IMG/VR virus record: IMGVR_UViG_3300005442_000002 | Span: 1 to 25,568 of that record | Strand: one strand, 5' to 3' | DNA: 25,568 nucleotides | From: a virus | Lineage: Duplodnaviria > Caudoviricetes | In this document: positions 16,334 through 24,462 of the stretch, in pieces | Layout of the letters: each line of letters begins with the position of its first letter | Numbering within the stretch: position 1 is the stretch's first letter | Notes under the pieces: model-generated | What the model was told of the DNA's origin: nothing | Databases searched by the model: none | The model's input: only the letters and a program-made list of their open reading frames with translations | Position numbers and translations under genes: made by a program

Positions 16334-17984
16334 TGATGTTTGCACCCCCTAACGGATAGAATCGTACAGGTTCACCTTTACCCCCTGATGGAGGGTTTAT
16401 ATCTACCGTTGACGAATGTGTCAAATTCACATCCGATACTACCGACCCTTCTCCAGAATCCGTGTTACTTACAGAAGGCTGTTCAATAGGAGGTTCGCCC
16501 CTCAACTGCCTTGCCCTAGCCTGAGCTTCCGCCATCGTTACATCATCGAGAATAGCAATTGAATCCTCCAGAGATAAAGTCTTTGCTCCACCATTACGCT
16601 TTTGAACGATTTCGGTAACCGTTTCAATATCGTTGACGAAACCACTCTCAGCCGTCAAGGTGAAGTCGGACATATCAATCTCGATACCCCCTGCCAGCGC
16701 AAGTTTTACAACTAACATCTTGGCAGAGTTTTGGATTAACGTACTCAACGACTTCGCCTTCAACTCAGTACGATACATTGCGGTTTTAAGAGCTTTACCC
16801 GTCATCTGATGACCAAGTTCCTTCGTATCAAATAACGTATACGACAGGTCGGTATCCCTAGATACCCGAACCACTGTCTCCTTATAAGCTTGAATAGCCT
16901 CATCCATCAAAACTGAAGGCGTTACACTCTTAACCTCGGGAGCCTTTCCATCCTGGGTTACCCGATACATAATTGCCCCAGTCTGCTGCATGAAAGTAAC
17001 GCCCGTATTCTCATCCCGTTGAGTTGCCCCTTCAGGGAGAACACGATAAATCTCCTTAGTACGCTCCAAGAGGACTAGAATAGTTTCAAACGCCTTCATA
17101 GAGGAAACAATTGAAGCTTCCCACTTTTTGAACTGCTCTTCCCCATAAATGGTGTTCCCAATACGTTGACCCGTAAAGACCACGATAGGTGATACCCCCA
17201 AACCATTGAAGGCTTGGGATTCAACCCTATCGAGCAACTCACCCAATTTACAAGAATCTTTCAAATATCGGAAAGTATACTTCTCAATCTTACCATCCTC
17301 ATGATACAGGATGAACTCACAGAACCAATCCTTCCCAGTGGCGACAACACCTTCTACAACCTCATAACCCCGCTTCGGGCAAAAGATATTAAAGAAGCAG
17401 TTAACGTCAATCGTGGTAATATCATTCTCATTCACGAAAGGAATCCAGTTCTTGATAGGCATTTCAACAATCTTCGGGTTACCCCCACGCTGGCGATCTA
17501 TTCGGAATACGGCATTACCATACAAAACGAGTGCACCGCGAACTGCCGATTGAAAGGCAACTGCAAAGTTAGATGCACCCAACAAAGTCGATACTTGCGT
17601 TATTTTAGATGCATCTGGACCATCAATCTTTGGAGATTTGGCCGATAAAAGATCAACCCAAGTATCCGTAACCATTCTAAAGTCGGGAAGCGTAGGAATA
17701 ACTCGCAAAATTGGGTAATTTGTCACAGCGTCACGCATATAATCGTTAAAGTTTACAATCGTATCGAAAATCTGGTCGTATGCCTCACACTTATATAAGG
17801 CTTCATTTGTCTTAAACAAATTAGCCCGTTCCCGGATAAAGTCCGTAGGGAAGGTATCGCCCTCTTTGAACGGTAACTCACCATCCCAAATAAAGGTATT
17901 TTCAGGGACAATATCGAAATTGTCCTCAGTCAACAGGCTAATATTACGAAATGAATTCTTACGATTGGTAGGGTTGCGGTACAC
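16320..17984 (-). CDS. Portal protein
   Basis: 554 aa directly after TerL. GN.VFRI and TGKALK motifs are reminiscent of SPP1-like portals. Confidence 0.85.
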   Translation of the reverse strand: MYRNPTNRKNSFRNISLLTEDNFDIVPENTFIWDGELPFKEGDTFPTDFIRERANLFKTNEALYKCEAYDQIFDTIVNFNDYMRDAVTNYPILRVIPTLPDFRMVTDTWVDLLSAKSPKIDGPDASKITQVSTLLGASNFAVAFQSAVRGALVLYGNAVFRIDRQRGGNPKIVEMPIKNWIPFVNENDITTIDVNCFFNIFCPKRGYEVVEGVVATGKDWFCEFILYHEDGKIEKYTFRYLKDSCKLGELLDRVESQAFNGLGVSPIVVFTGQRIGNTIYGEEQFKKWEASIVSSMKAFETILVLLERTKEIYRVLPEGATQRDENTGVTFMQQTGAIMYRVTQDGKAPEVKSVTPSVLMDEAIQAYKETVVRVSRDTDLSYTLFDTKELGHQMTGKALKTAMYRTELKAKSLSTLIQNSAKMLVVKLALAGGIEIDMSDFTLTAESGFVNDIETVTEIVQKRNGGAKTLSLEDSIAILDDVTMAEAQARARQLRGEPPIEQPSVSNTDSGEGSVVSDVNLTHSSTVDINPPSGGKGEPVRFYPLGGANINGKT

Positions 17985-19217
17985 TCAAATCACCCCCTTA
18001 ACGCTATAAAGGGCATAACGTAAGGCGTCACAAGCGTGGTCATTCGTCTTAATTACGTTTACCCCTTCCTTATCCGAGAAAGCGTAGGTTAAGAGTTCAT
18101 CTAGGAGATTGGTACAAGTATCGGAGATGAACAACCTGTCTGAACTAAACAAGTCCTTAACGTAGTTGATTCCATTCATTACCGAGTTATCGGCTCCGTA
18201 TATATTTACCATTCCCTGATCTTTCAACTCCTGAATTAGAACCTTTGCTGCAGGGTCTATAAAAATTTTCCTCAAACGCCCACTAAACTCAATAACGAGA
18301 TTTCTTATCTCGTTACAAACTTTTGAGAGGGTCGCATTACGCATATAGACTTCACGACAAACAACATATTCTCCAGCTTCCGTTACCCCAATAAGGAGGA
18401 TCGCAGTAGGATTGGTCGTTCCAAAGTCTACCCCCATAAGGAAGTGAGTAAAGTGCGGCATCAACTTAGCAACATCAGCAAACGGAAGAAGGTGATGCTT
18501 ATCACTAAACTCGGTATAGACCAAACCTTCTGCCGCTGCCCATTCGCCCAACACATACCGCTTCAGATAAGCTGGATTATTACGATACCGATTACGGAGT
18601 CTTTCATAATGCTCTTTAGCACCCGAAGTGATATTGTCATGCTCAGTCCACTTAATATAGCGAATATCGTTAGACTCTTGAATTGTCTTCCAAAGCCAGT
18701 GTGTGGGCGAGTCGGGGTTAGTTGTTCCAACAAACCCCCGAACCCAACCTTCAGGGGCTTGACCCCTTAAGCGACCCATAACCTTATCGAAGTTATCTTT
18801 ACTCCAAGTGGATACCTCATCACCGATAATTTTATAGGCGTTAAGACCCCGAAGTCTTTCCTCCGCATTGTTATCATTCAACCCTACAATACGGATTAAA
18901 TGGCCAAAAAGGACAGCATCTTTAGCAAAACCGTCCTTCTTACCCGAGTCATACCTGAAATTACTTCCAAACTTAGAAGCAAGAGAGTTACCGATATTGG
19001 TCTTTACCGACTGTGCAGTCTTACCAACCAACATAATAACTGAACCATCAGTAGGAGGTTTGGACATCGCACACGCCAACCCAAGACCCACATCAACTGC
19101 ATAAGACTTACCACAACCATAAGGCCCACAGTGAATATCCAACCTAGCTGTCGGGATGCTTGCAATGGTCTTCAACTGACGTTTAGACAACAACTCAGTC
19201 ATCGCCATCGCCACCAA
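17985..19217 (-). CDS. terL: Terminase large subunit (PBSX-like family)
   Basis: Walker A GPYGCGKS, Walker B IIGDEV, TTNPD, nuclease GVDFG and NDHACDALRY. Confidence 0.96.
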   Translation of the reverse strand: MVAMAMTELLSKRQLKTIASIPTARLDIHCGPYGCGKSYAVDVGLGLACAMSKPPTDGSVIMLVGKTAQSVKTNIGNSLASKFGSNFRYDSGKKDGFAKDAVLFGHLIRIVGLNDNNAEERLRGLNAYKIIGDEVSTWSKDNFDKVMGRLRGQAPEGWVRGFVGTTNPDSPTHWLWKTIQESNDIRYIKWTEHDNITSGAKEHYERLRNRYRNNPAYLKRYVLGEWAAAEGLVYTEFSDKHHLLPFADVAKLMPHFTHFLMGVDFGTTNPTAILLIGVTEAGEYVVCREVYMRNATLSKVCNEIRNLVIEFSGRLRKIFIDPAAKVLIQELKDQGMVNIYGADNSVMNGINYVKDLFSSDRLFISDTCTNLLDELLTYAFSDKEGVNVIKTNDHACDALRYALYSVKGVI

Positions 19218-19662
19218 GCAACGCCTGAATGGAGGATAAAACTTGAGCTATGGTTTGACGAGTACTCTCATCAGAAGTTGAACCTTTACCCCCAGCATCA
19301 ATAATATCGAACGCACTCTCCGTACGCTCGATAATTTTATCGTTAACAGCTATACGTTCAGACTTAGAAAGCTCTTCATCCTCAGCCAACTCTTCCAAAC
19401 GCTTCAAAGCCGCCATATGCATCGCACGTCTCTGCGCTCCAATCGATTCATCTAACTCCCTCCAATAAGCCCTTACTTGAGGGAGGTTAGCCCATCTATG
19501 CCCTAATGTATGCGCAGATTTAGGGTTAGCCCCTGCTTTTATCGCTGCGGCTTTATAAGTACGTTCTCTCCCCGAAGCAAAATAGTACGCATCGGCAAAA
19601 AGGTAGAGTTGCTGAGTTAAAGGTTTCAACTCTTCCTTACTCTTATTCAACTCAGAACTCAT
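19195..19662 (-). CDS. terS: Terminase small subunit
   Basis: AAIKAG..PKSA...G....P.V..Y HTH pattern, overlaps the terL start. Confidence 0.85.
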   Translation of the reverse strand: MSSELNKSKEELKPLTQQLYLFADAYYFASGRERTYKAAAIKAGANPKSAHTLGHRWANLPQVRAYWRELDESIGAQRRAMHMAALKRLEELAEDEELSKSERIAVNDKIIERTESAFDIIDAGGKGSTSDESTRQTIAQVLSSIQALLGGDGDD

Positions 19663-19704
19663 AATAAAACCCCCTTTCCGATGGTCATACTAACCCTTAA
19701 TTAT

Positions 19705-19733
19705 ATTGTAAGGGAGGTTGTCAAGTTGTTCAA
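19705..19733 (-). promoter_or_regulatory. SigA-like promoter for the packaging/structural operon
   Basis: TTGAAC-17-TACAAT. The -10 lies within a ccctta/taaggg inverted repeat (19694-19714). Confidence 0.55.
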
Positions 19734-19746
19734 GTAACAGTATAGT
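19718..19746 (+). promoter_or_regulatory. Overlapping divergent SigA-like promoter
   Basis: TTGTCA-17-TATAGT on the + strand. Confidence 0.4.
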
Positions 19747-19812
19747 AAAATATAGGTATAAAAAACGTAACAAAACAATAACTATTAAGGTCAAAATACC
19801 CCTGAACAAATT

Positions 19813-19838
19813 AAAAGAGAGGGCTTCTAACCCTCTCT
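19813..19838 (-). terminator. Intrinsic terminator after the HTH gene
   Basis: 8-bp stem agagaggg/ccctctct with a U-tract on the minus strand. Confidence 0.7.
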
Positions 19839-19850
19839 CCATACTGTTTA

Positions 19851-20249
19851 TCATTGTTCGACCAATAACACATTCTCAATTATATAATCAGCCAACTCTG
19901 GACTAAAGATGGCTTTAATCATCTCTTCAGAGTGAATTGCCTGACGGAATCCATTTACCGAGAATAAAGTGAAGATGTCCGTTATAGACGACTTATCAAC
20001 CAACTTACCATCCTCATCCGTCTTATAATAGAACAAATCCAACTTAATACCCAATTTTTCGGCAACAGTCTTTAAGGTTTTTACCGTACAAGGACGGGCA
20101 GAGCGTTTACCCCCACGCTCGACAGAAATATAAGTGATATGCGACAAACCACACTCATAAGACAAACTGTGCAACGTGTAACCTTTAAGTCTACGAAATG
20201 ACGCAACCACTCTCGATTTTGCATCGGAACTGTAGTAGTACGCATACAA
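19851..20249 (-). CDS. XRE/Cro-C1-type helix-turn-helix regulator
   Basis: R..KGYTL..LS..CGLS..TY..VERG....TL..VA..LGI pattern, GGGAGG RBS. Confidence 0.8.
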   Translation of the reverse strand: MYAYYYSSDAKSRVVASFRRLKGYTLHSLSYECGLSHITYISVERGGKRSARPCTVKTLKTVAEKLGIKLDLFYYKTDEDGKLVDKSSITDIFTLFSVNGFRQAIHSEEMIKAIFSPELADYIIENVLLVEQ

Positions 20250-20261
20250 CCTTCCTCCCCA

Positions 20262-20861
20262 TTATACATAAAGACCATCTAGTTTTTTATTTATTCGACT
20301 TACCAACTCAACAAACTTACTTCGGTTAATATCCGAAATCTCAATACCCCGACGAACAAGAGCATCTAAGAACACCTTAACCCTATCAACAGGTTTGCGC
20401 CCCACTGGATTTACCGACGGTTCGGACTTATAGAAAAACAACTCAGGCCGCCTGAAGCAAGTACTAAGCGAGAAACCGTACTCTAAACATAACTCCTCCA
20501 TTACCCCACCCGATGCCAATAAAACATTCTCCAAATGCTCCATAAAAAACTCGTCCAACAAGTCCTCAAACTGATCATCAACTGGCTGAAGCGGGGTATA
20601 ACTGTCAATTTTATCGTTGTCTAAGAGGTCGGAACCCGTATCTACCAAATAACGTCTAGCCTTCATCTTATCGAAATACTCAGGTTCAAGGATAACCCTA
20701 GAACCTCTCTCATGACTGCCCATATACCCCTCGCGATACAGATTTGTCACCAAAATCTCATTTGCGACATCTGCGCCGTACTTAGATACGTGTTCTTGGT
20801 AAACGAAAGTAAACGAGTCGACCATCTCGTGCGCCCTATTATTTAAGCTGAAGGATAACAT
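20262..20861 (-). CDS. Hypothetical protein (199 aa)
   Basis: AAGGGAGG RBS supports the ATG at 20861. The track start at 20903 overlaps a promoter. Confidence 0.7.
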   Translation of the reverse strand: MLSFSLNNRAHEMVDSFTFVYQEHVSKYGADVANEILVTNLYREGYMGSHERGSRVILEPEYFDKMKARRYLVDTGSDLLDNDKIDSYTPLQPVDDQFEDLLDEFFMEHLENVLLASGGVMEELCLEYGFSLSTCFRRPELFFYKSEPSVNPVGRKPVDRVKVFLDALVRRGIEISDINRSKFVELVSRINKKLDGLYV

Positions 20862-20890
20862 AGGAATACCTCCCTTCCAACGGTCTAACC

Positions 20891-20947
20891 AATATAGTTT
20901 CATATCAATAAAAAGTTAAAAAATATCCAAACTTTTGTTACTTTTCA
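20891..20947 (-). promoter_or_regulatory. Repeated promoter motif B, copy 1 (upstream box + TTAACT-17-TATATT)
   Basis: 20915-20947 matches 24299-24331 at 28/33, with the same -10 at the same spacing. Confidence 0.65.
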
Positions 20948-21045
20948 GGACTAATTTTTTCCTACTCCGTAAGACTTTTATAAAAGGTTGAAAAAGTTTA
21001 TAAAAACATCCCAAAAGACTATAACCACATCAAGAACTTATATAA

Positions 21046-21097
21046 AATAAAGATGTAAGGGGCTACTGTTTTAACCCCCTCAGTAACCCCCTTTACA
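21046..21097 (-). terminator. Probable terminator after the putative replication gene
   Basis: Imperfect stem tgtaaggggctactg/cagtaaccccctttaca, then a U-rich tract on the minus strand. Confidence 0.6.
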
Positions 21098-21155
21098 CCG
21101 TACTTTAGAAGTACACTCAATAAAATCTTCAACCCCCTTAACAACCCATCCCAAC

Positions 21156-22418
21156 TCACATATTATACCTCCGTTTACCCCTTTTATCGGCATCAGGATT
21201 GCGAACAATACGACCATTCACAACTCTATACCTAAACTTGTAATAGTCACGAATGTTGTACTCCGTAACATCATTCGATTCAGTCTTACGAGAACGAGAA
21301 GCCATGAAAGCCAGCTTCAAGTTATACCCCTCAGAACCAACAACATCAATCTCGGACTTAAACTGTTTAATCGCCTTAGTCTCAGACATCATAGTCTTCA
21401 AATAATCAATACGCTCAAACATTAACAAGAGGAACCGTTCAGCATCGGTGATTTCACCATCACCACTGAACAAGTCAATCCTAGTATCGAACCTTCTATC
21501 CCTCACTTCAACTGCTTCAGTAACCTTAGTCACCAAACCCTTAACAGAATCTTTAACAGGAGTAGACAACCCATCCAACTTAGCGTTGATTTCCTTCAGC
21601 AAGGCTAACACTTCCGACATATCATTTTGGACTGGACAAACGTAAGGAACCGTGGTAGCAACCGAAGTAGTCGACTTCATTGCTACTTCAGGCTGAGTAG
21701 CAGTAGGCGAAGTAGTCGACTTATTTGCTACTTCACCATTTGAAGTAGTCGACTTCATTGCTACTTCATTTTTATAAGGAATAACGATACTCCCAATAGA
21801 AGGCTTCTTGAAAGGAAATAAAGTAGTCGACTTATTCACTACTTCATTATCAGTAATCGACTGACCTTCCCTCTGCTTTTTACCAAACTCAATCGGATCA
21901 AAACCCCTCTTACCCATGAAAACCTCTAAGATATAAATTGCGGCAGGGATGCTCTTCACCATAGTTGCATTAATCGATACCCCATCGAAGGTACAACGCT
22001 CCAAGTTGGAATAATAACGATACTGCCCATCTTTACCCCTAGCCCAACTCATACGGATATCCCTCTTAGGTACAGAAGGGATAAGGTATTTATCGACATT
22101 CTTACGAATATAGTCGATATAGTCAAGATGGATATCGAACAACCCTTCCGGCATATACAATCGATACCCCTTACGAGATACAACTTGACTCTTTTTACCG
22201 CTACTGTCATACTTCGTTACAATCTTCCCGTCAGCATCAACATCTGGACCACGTAAACCTCTAGCTATTTTTACACCTTTCCTACTTAATTGATAAAAAT
22301 CCCATTCTTCCAAAGCACTAGCGATATAAACTGCGTCATTCTTTCTTAATCTCTTAAATTTTAGCTCAACTTTGGGAGTGTACTCCCTTTGACCCCTTAA
22401 AGGTACTACATCCCCCAT
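21156..22418 (-). CDS. Putative replication initiator containing its own origin
   Basis: Largest early gene, with four 27-bp iteron-like repeats in a low-complexity linker (lambda O-type arrangement). No family recognised. Confidence 0.55.
   Translation of the reverse strand: MGDVVPLRGQREYTPKVELKFKRLRKNDAVYIASALEEWDFYQLSRKGVKIARGLRGPDVDADGKIVTKYDSSGKKSQVVSRKGYRLYMPEGLFDIHLDYIDYIRKNVDKYLIPSVPKRDIRMSWARGKDGQYRYYSNLERCTFDGVSINATMVKSIPAAIYILEVFMGKRGFDPIEFGKKQREGQSITDNEVVNKSTTLFPFKKPSIGSIVIPYKNEVAMKSTTSNGEVANKSTTSPTATQPEVAMKSTTSVATTVPYVCPVQNDMSEVLALLKEINAKLDGLSTPVKDSVKGLVTKVTEAVEVRDRRFDTRIDLFSGDGEITDAERFLLLMFERIDYLKTMMSETKAIKQFKSEIDVVGSEGYNLKLAFMASRSRKTESNDVTEYNIRDYYKFRYRVVNGRIVRNPDADKRGKRRYNM
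21664..21846. repeat. Four 27-bp iteron-like repeats (putative ori)
   Basis: RAAGTAGTCGACTT-N5-CTACTTCA at 21664, 21709, 21742 and 21820. Confidence 0.85.
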
Positions 22419-22448
22419 AGAAGGTTCCTCCTTTCGGTATCAGAAGAA

Positions 22449-23171
22449 TCAATACCCCCTGACGATACCATGCAACTCTTCATGATCTTCAGTACGCATG
22501 CAAACAAGGTTTGAGGGGGAACTGTCGAAAGAGATAGAGAATGGAACCTTGTGGTGAATATCGTACTTACGACCCGACACTTTACTACCAACACAATAAC
22601 AAGCAATCTCGATACCCCAATTCATCATATAGATAATCCAATGGACACGAAGGGAATCGGCATAACTATTGTTAAAACGCAAAGCAGGGTAACCAATAAA
22701 ATTTTCCTCTGGTCTAGACGACTGGTAAGTGTAGTTTGCAACCCCTTTATGCTTAATACCTTCGAAATTCAACAGTCCATTTACGATAAGGTACTTCTCT
22801 TTACCAGTGTCCAAATCCGTGACCAAAATATTTTCCTCATCCTCAGTGACTTCCATATCATAGAGATTAGTATCAACCAAGAAGCAGTTACCCCTGAACT
22901 CGATACCATGCTTTTCATGGCGATGCGGATTGAACATATCCACAACAACCCACTCATCACCCTTACGAGTTAAAAAGAAACGACCACCAAGAACCGCTTG
23001 CTTATCGAAATCCATCTTTGCCAACTCGATACGCTTTTTATTGTCCGTAAGACCTAAACTCCTGAAATAGTTATCCAGCATACCATCCACCAACAAACCC
23101 ATTCGATGTAACTGCTTAATCTTCTCCAAGCTTGCAGTTCCAGTTAAAAAAGTTTGCATTAAACCTAACAT
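22449..23171 (-). CDS. HNH endonuclease-domain protein
   Basis: C-terminal RVHW...DIHHK....D....NL......H...H. GAGGTG RBS before the ATG at 23171. Confidence 0.8.
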   Translation of the reverse strand: MLGLMQTFLTGTASLEKIKQLHRMGLLVDGMLDNYFRSLGLTDNKKRIELAKMDFDKQAVLGGRFFLTRKGDEWVVVDMFNPHRHEKHGIEFRGNCFLVDTNLYDMEVTEDEENILVTDLDTGKEKYLIVNGLLNFEGIKHKGVANYTYQSSRPEENFIGYPALRFNNSYADSLRVHWIIYMMNWGIEIACYCVGSKVSGRKYDIHHKVPFSISFDSSPSNLVCMRTEDHEELHGIVRGY

Positions 23172-23204
23172 TATAATCACCTCTTATAAGTTTATAAACT
23201 CTCA

Positions 23205-23615
23205 TTAACGTGACGAAATTAAACAAAGAGCATACAACATATCGCCTTCAATCTTGTCTCCTTCCCATCTAGCCACACTCTTACGAAATACATCGAACAC
23301 TCTACTAGATAAAATAAACTTTAACCTTTCAACAGGAAGTACACCAATTTCAACAAGTTGAGAGTCCATCGAAATGTACACAGTGTAATGAGAGTCATCC
23401 ATAAGTAAAGACCTTTTACCAAGAATACCCCTAAGGGCTTCAACTCTAAACAGTTCCAACTTATCGCACTCTAGAAGGAGATGAGGGTACTTGATAGAAG
23501 AACCCTCTTTATACAGTTTCACTGTATCCCCACGTTTGAAATCGCCTCTAGATGAGTACGTCTCAACCGTAGGGAAGTGTGTTTCGGGTTTAGATGGTTT
23601 ATTCGTTAAAGACAT
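23205..23615 (-). CDS. Hypothetical protein (136 aa)
   Basis: GGAGGGGG RBS, tight operon packing. Confidence 0.75.
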   Translation of the reverse strand: MSLTNKPSKPETHFPTVETYSSRGDFKRGDTVKLYKEGSSIKYPHLLLECDKLELFRVEALRGILGKRSLLMDDSHYTVYISMDSQLVEIGVLPVERLKFILSSRVFDVFRKSVARWEGDKIEGDMLYALCLISSR

Positions 23616-23617
23616 CT

Positions 23618-23878
23618 TTACCCCCTCCGGGACGGATTGTTGCTAGTGAAGAACGGATACGTCTTTATACGTTGCGAATACCCATCTGACCAGTACATTG
23701 TTGCAACGATAGAGTTACCATCATCGGAGACACTAAACTTAATAGAACCATAAACCTCTTCTGACCTAAGAAAAACATTGGGTTCGACTTGCTCGAACCC
23801 AAGGTGATAGAGAGTTTCGAGCAAGTCGTCTTTAATCAACATTAAAGCGGTCTTAGTAGGATTTTCTTGGTCTAACAT
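23618..23878 (-). CDS. Hypothetical protein (86 aa)
   Basis: AGGAG upstream of the ATG, tight operon packing. Confidence 0.7.
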   Translation of the reverse strand: MLDQENPTKTALMLIKDDLLETLYHLGFEQVEPNVFLRSEEVYGSIKFSVSDDGNSIVATMYWSDGYSQRIKTYPFFTSNNPSRRG

Positions 23879-24215
23879 AGATAATCATCTCCTGACCTTC
23901 AACTTCGATAACCATACCGTTCAACTTCTTTACATCCTCAACCGTGTTCAAGTGCAAGTTAGCGAACGTCTTCAAAGTCTCCTCAAATTGCCTATCTTCT
24001 GCAAGCCATTTAGTACGCTCAACAGCCAACCTATCCATCTCTTCCAATTCCTCTGCACGTCTAATAATCTCTTGTTGCTCTTCAACCAACATCTTCAACT
24101 CGGCTAACTTCGCTTTACTTTGATCCGCAAGGGCTTGAGCCTTCCTAATCTGATCTCTTAAAACACCGAAAGCCATTTTTACCCCTTGCGCTTGCAGTTC
24201 CACTGGATTTACCAT
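23853..24215 (-). CDS. Hypothetical coiled-coil protein (120 aa), first gene of the early operon
   Basis: GGGGAGG RBS, heptad-like E/K/L-rich sequence. Confidence 0.75.
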   Translation of the reverse strand: MVNPVELQAQGVKMAFGVLRDQIRKAQALADQSKAKLAELKMLVEEQQEIIRRAEELEEMDRLAVERTKWLAEDRQFEETLKTFANLHLNTVEDVKKLNGMVIEVEGQEMIIYVRPRKSY

Positions 24216-24274
24216 AACAATCTTCCTCCCCGAAGATTTTTATATGGGATAACATCCCTACCGAGCTTGCACCC

Positions 24275-24331
24275 AATATAATTCTAGGTCACAAAATTGT
24301 TAAAAAATATCTAAGATTTTGTTTCTTCTCA
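24275..24331 (-). promoter_or_regulatory. Repeated promoter motif B, copy 2 (upstream box + TTAACA-17-TATATT)
   Basis: Matches 20891-20947. Confidence 0.65.
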
Positions 24332-24418
24332 AAAACTTTTTTGAAAATATCCAAAAGAAATTTTTACCCCCTCCCTTGGTGGGCGACACTACGTCTAAAC
24401 CGACTTAGAAATTTACCA

Positions 24419-24451
24419 ATAAAAATACCTTGAACCATTAAAGATTCAAGG
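24419..24451 (-). terminator. Intrinsic terminator after the three small terminal genes
   Basis: ccttgaa/ttcaagg stem (24428-24434/24445-24451), then a U-run on the minus strand. Confidence 0.7.
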
Positions 24452-24462
24452 CTAATATTTTA

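Noticed and set aside
21664-21846. Possible CRISPR mini-array
   Set aside because: Spacers are 18, 6 and 51 bp, the repeats are in frame within a CDS, and there are no cas genes. Iterons fit better.
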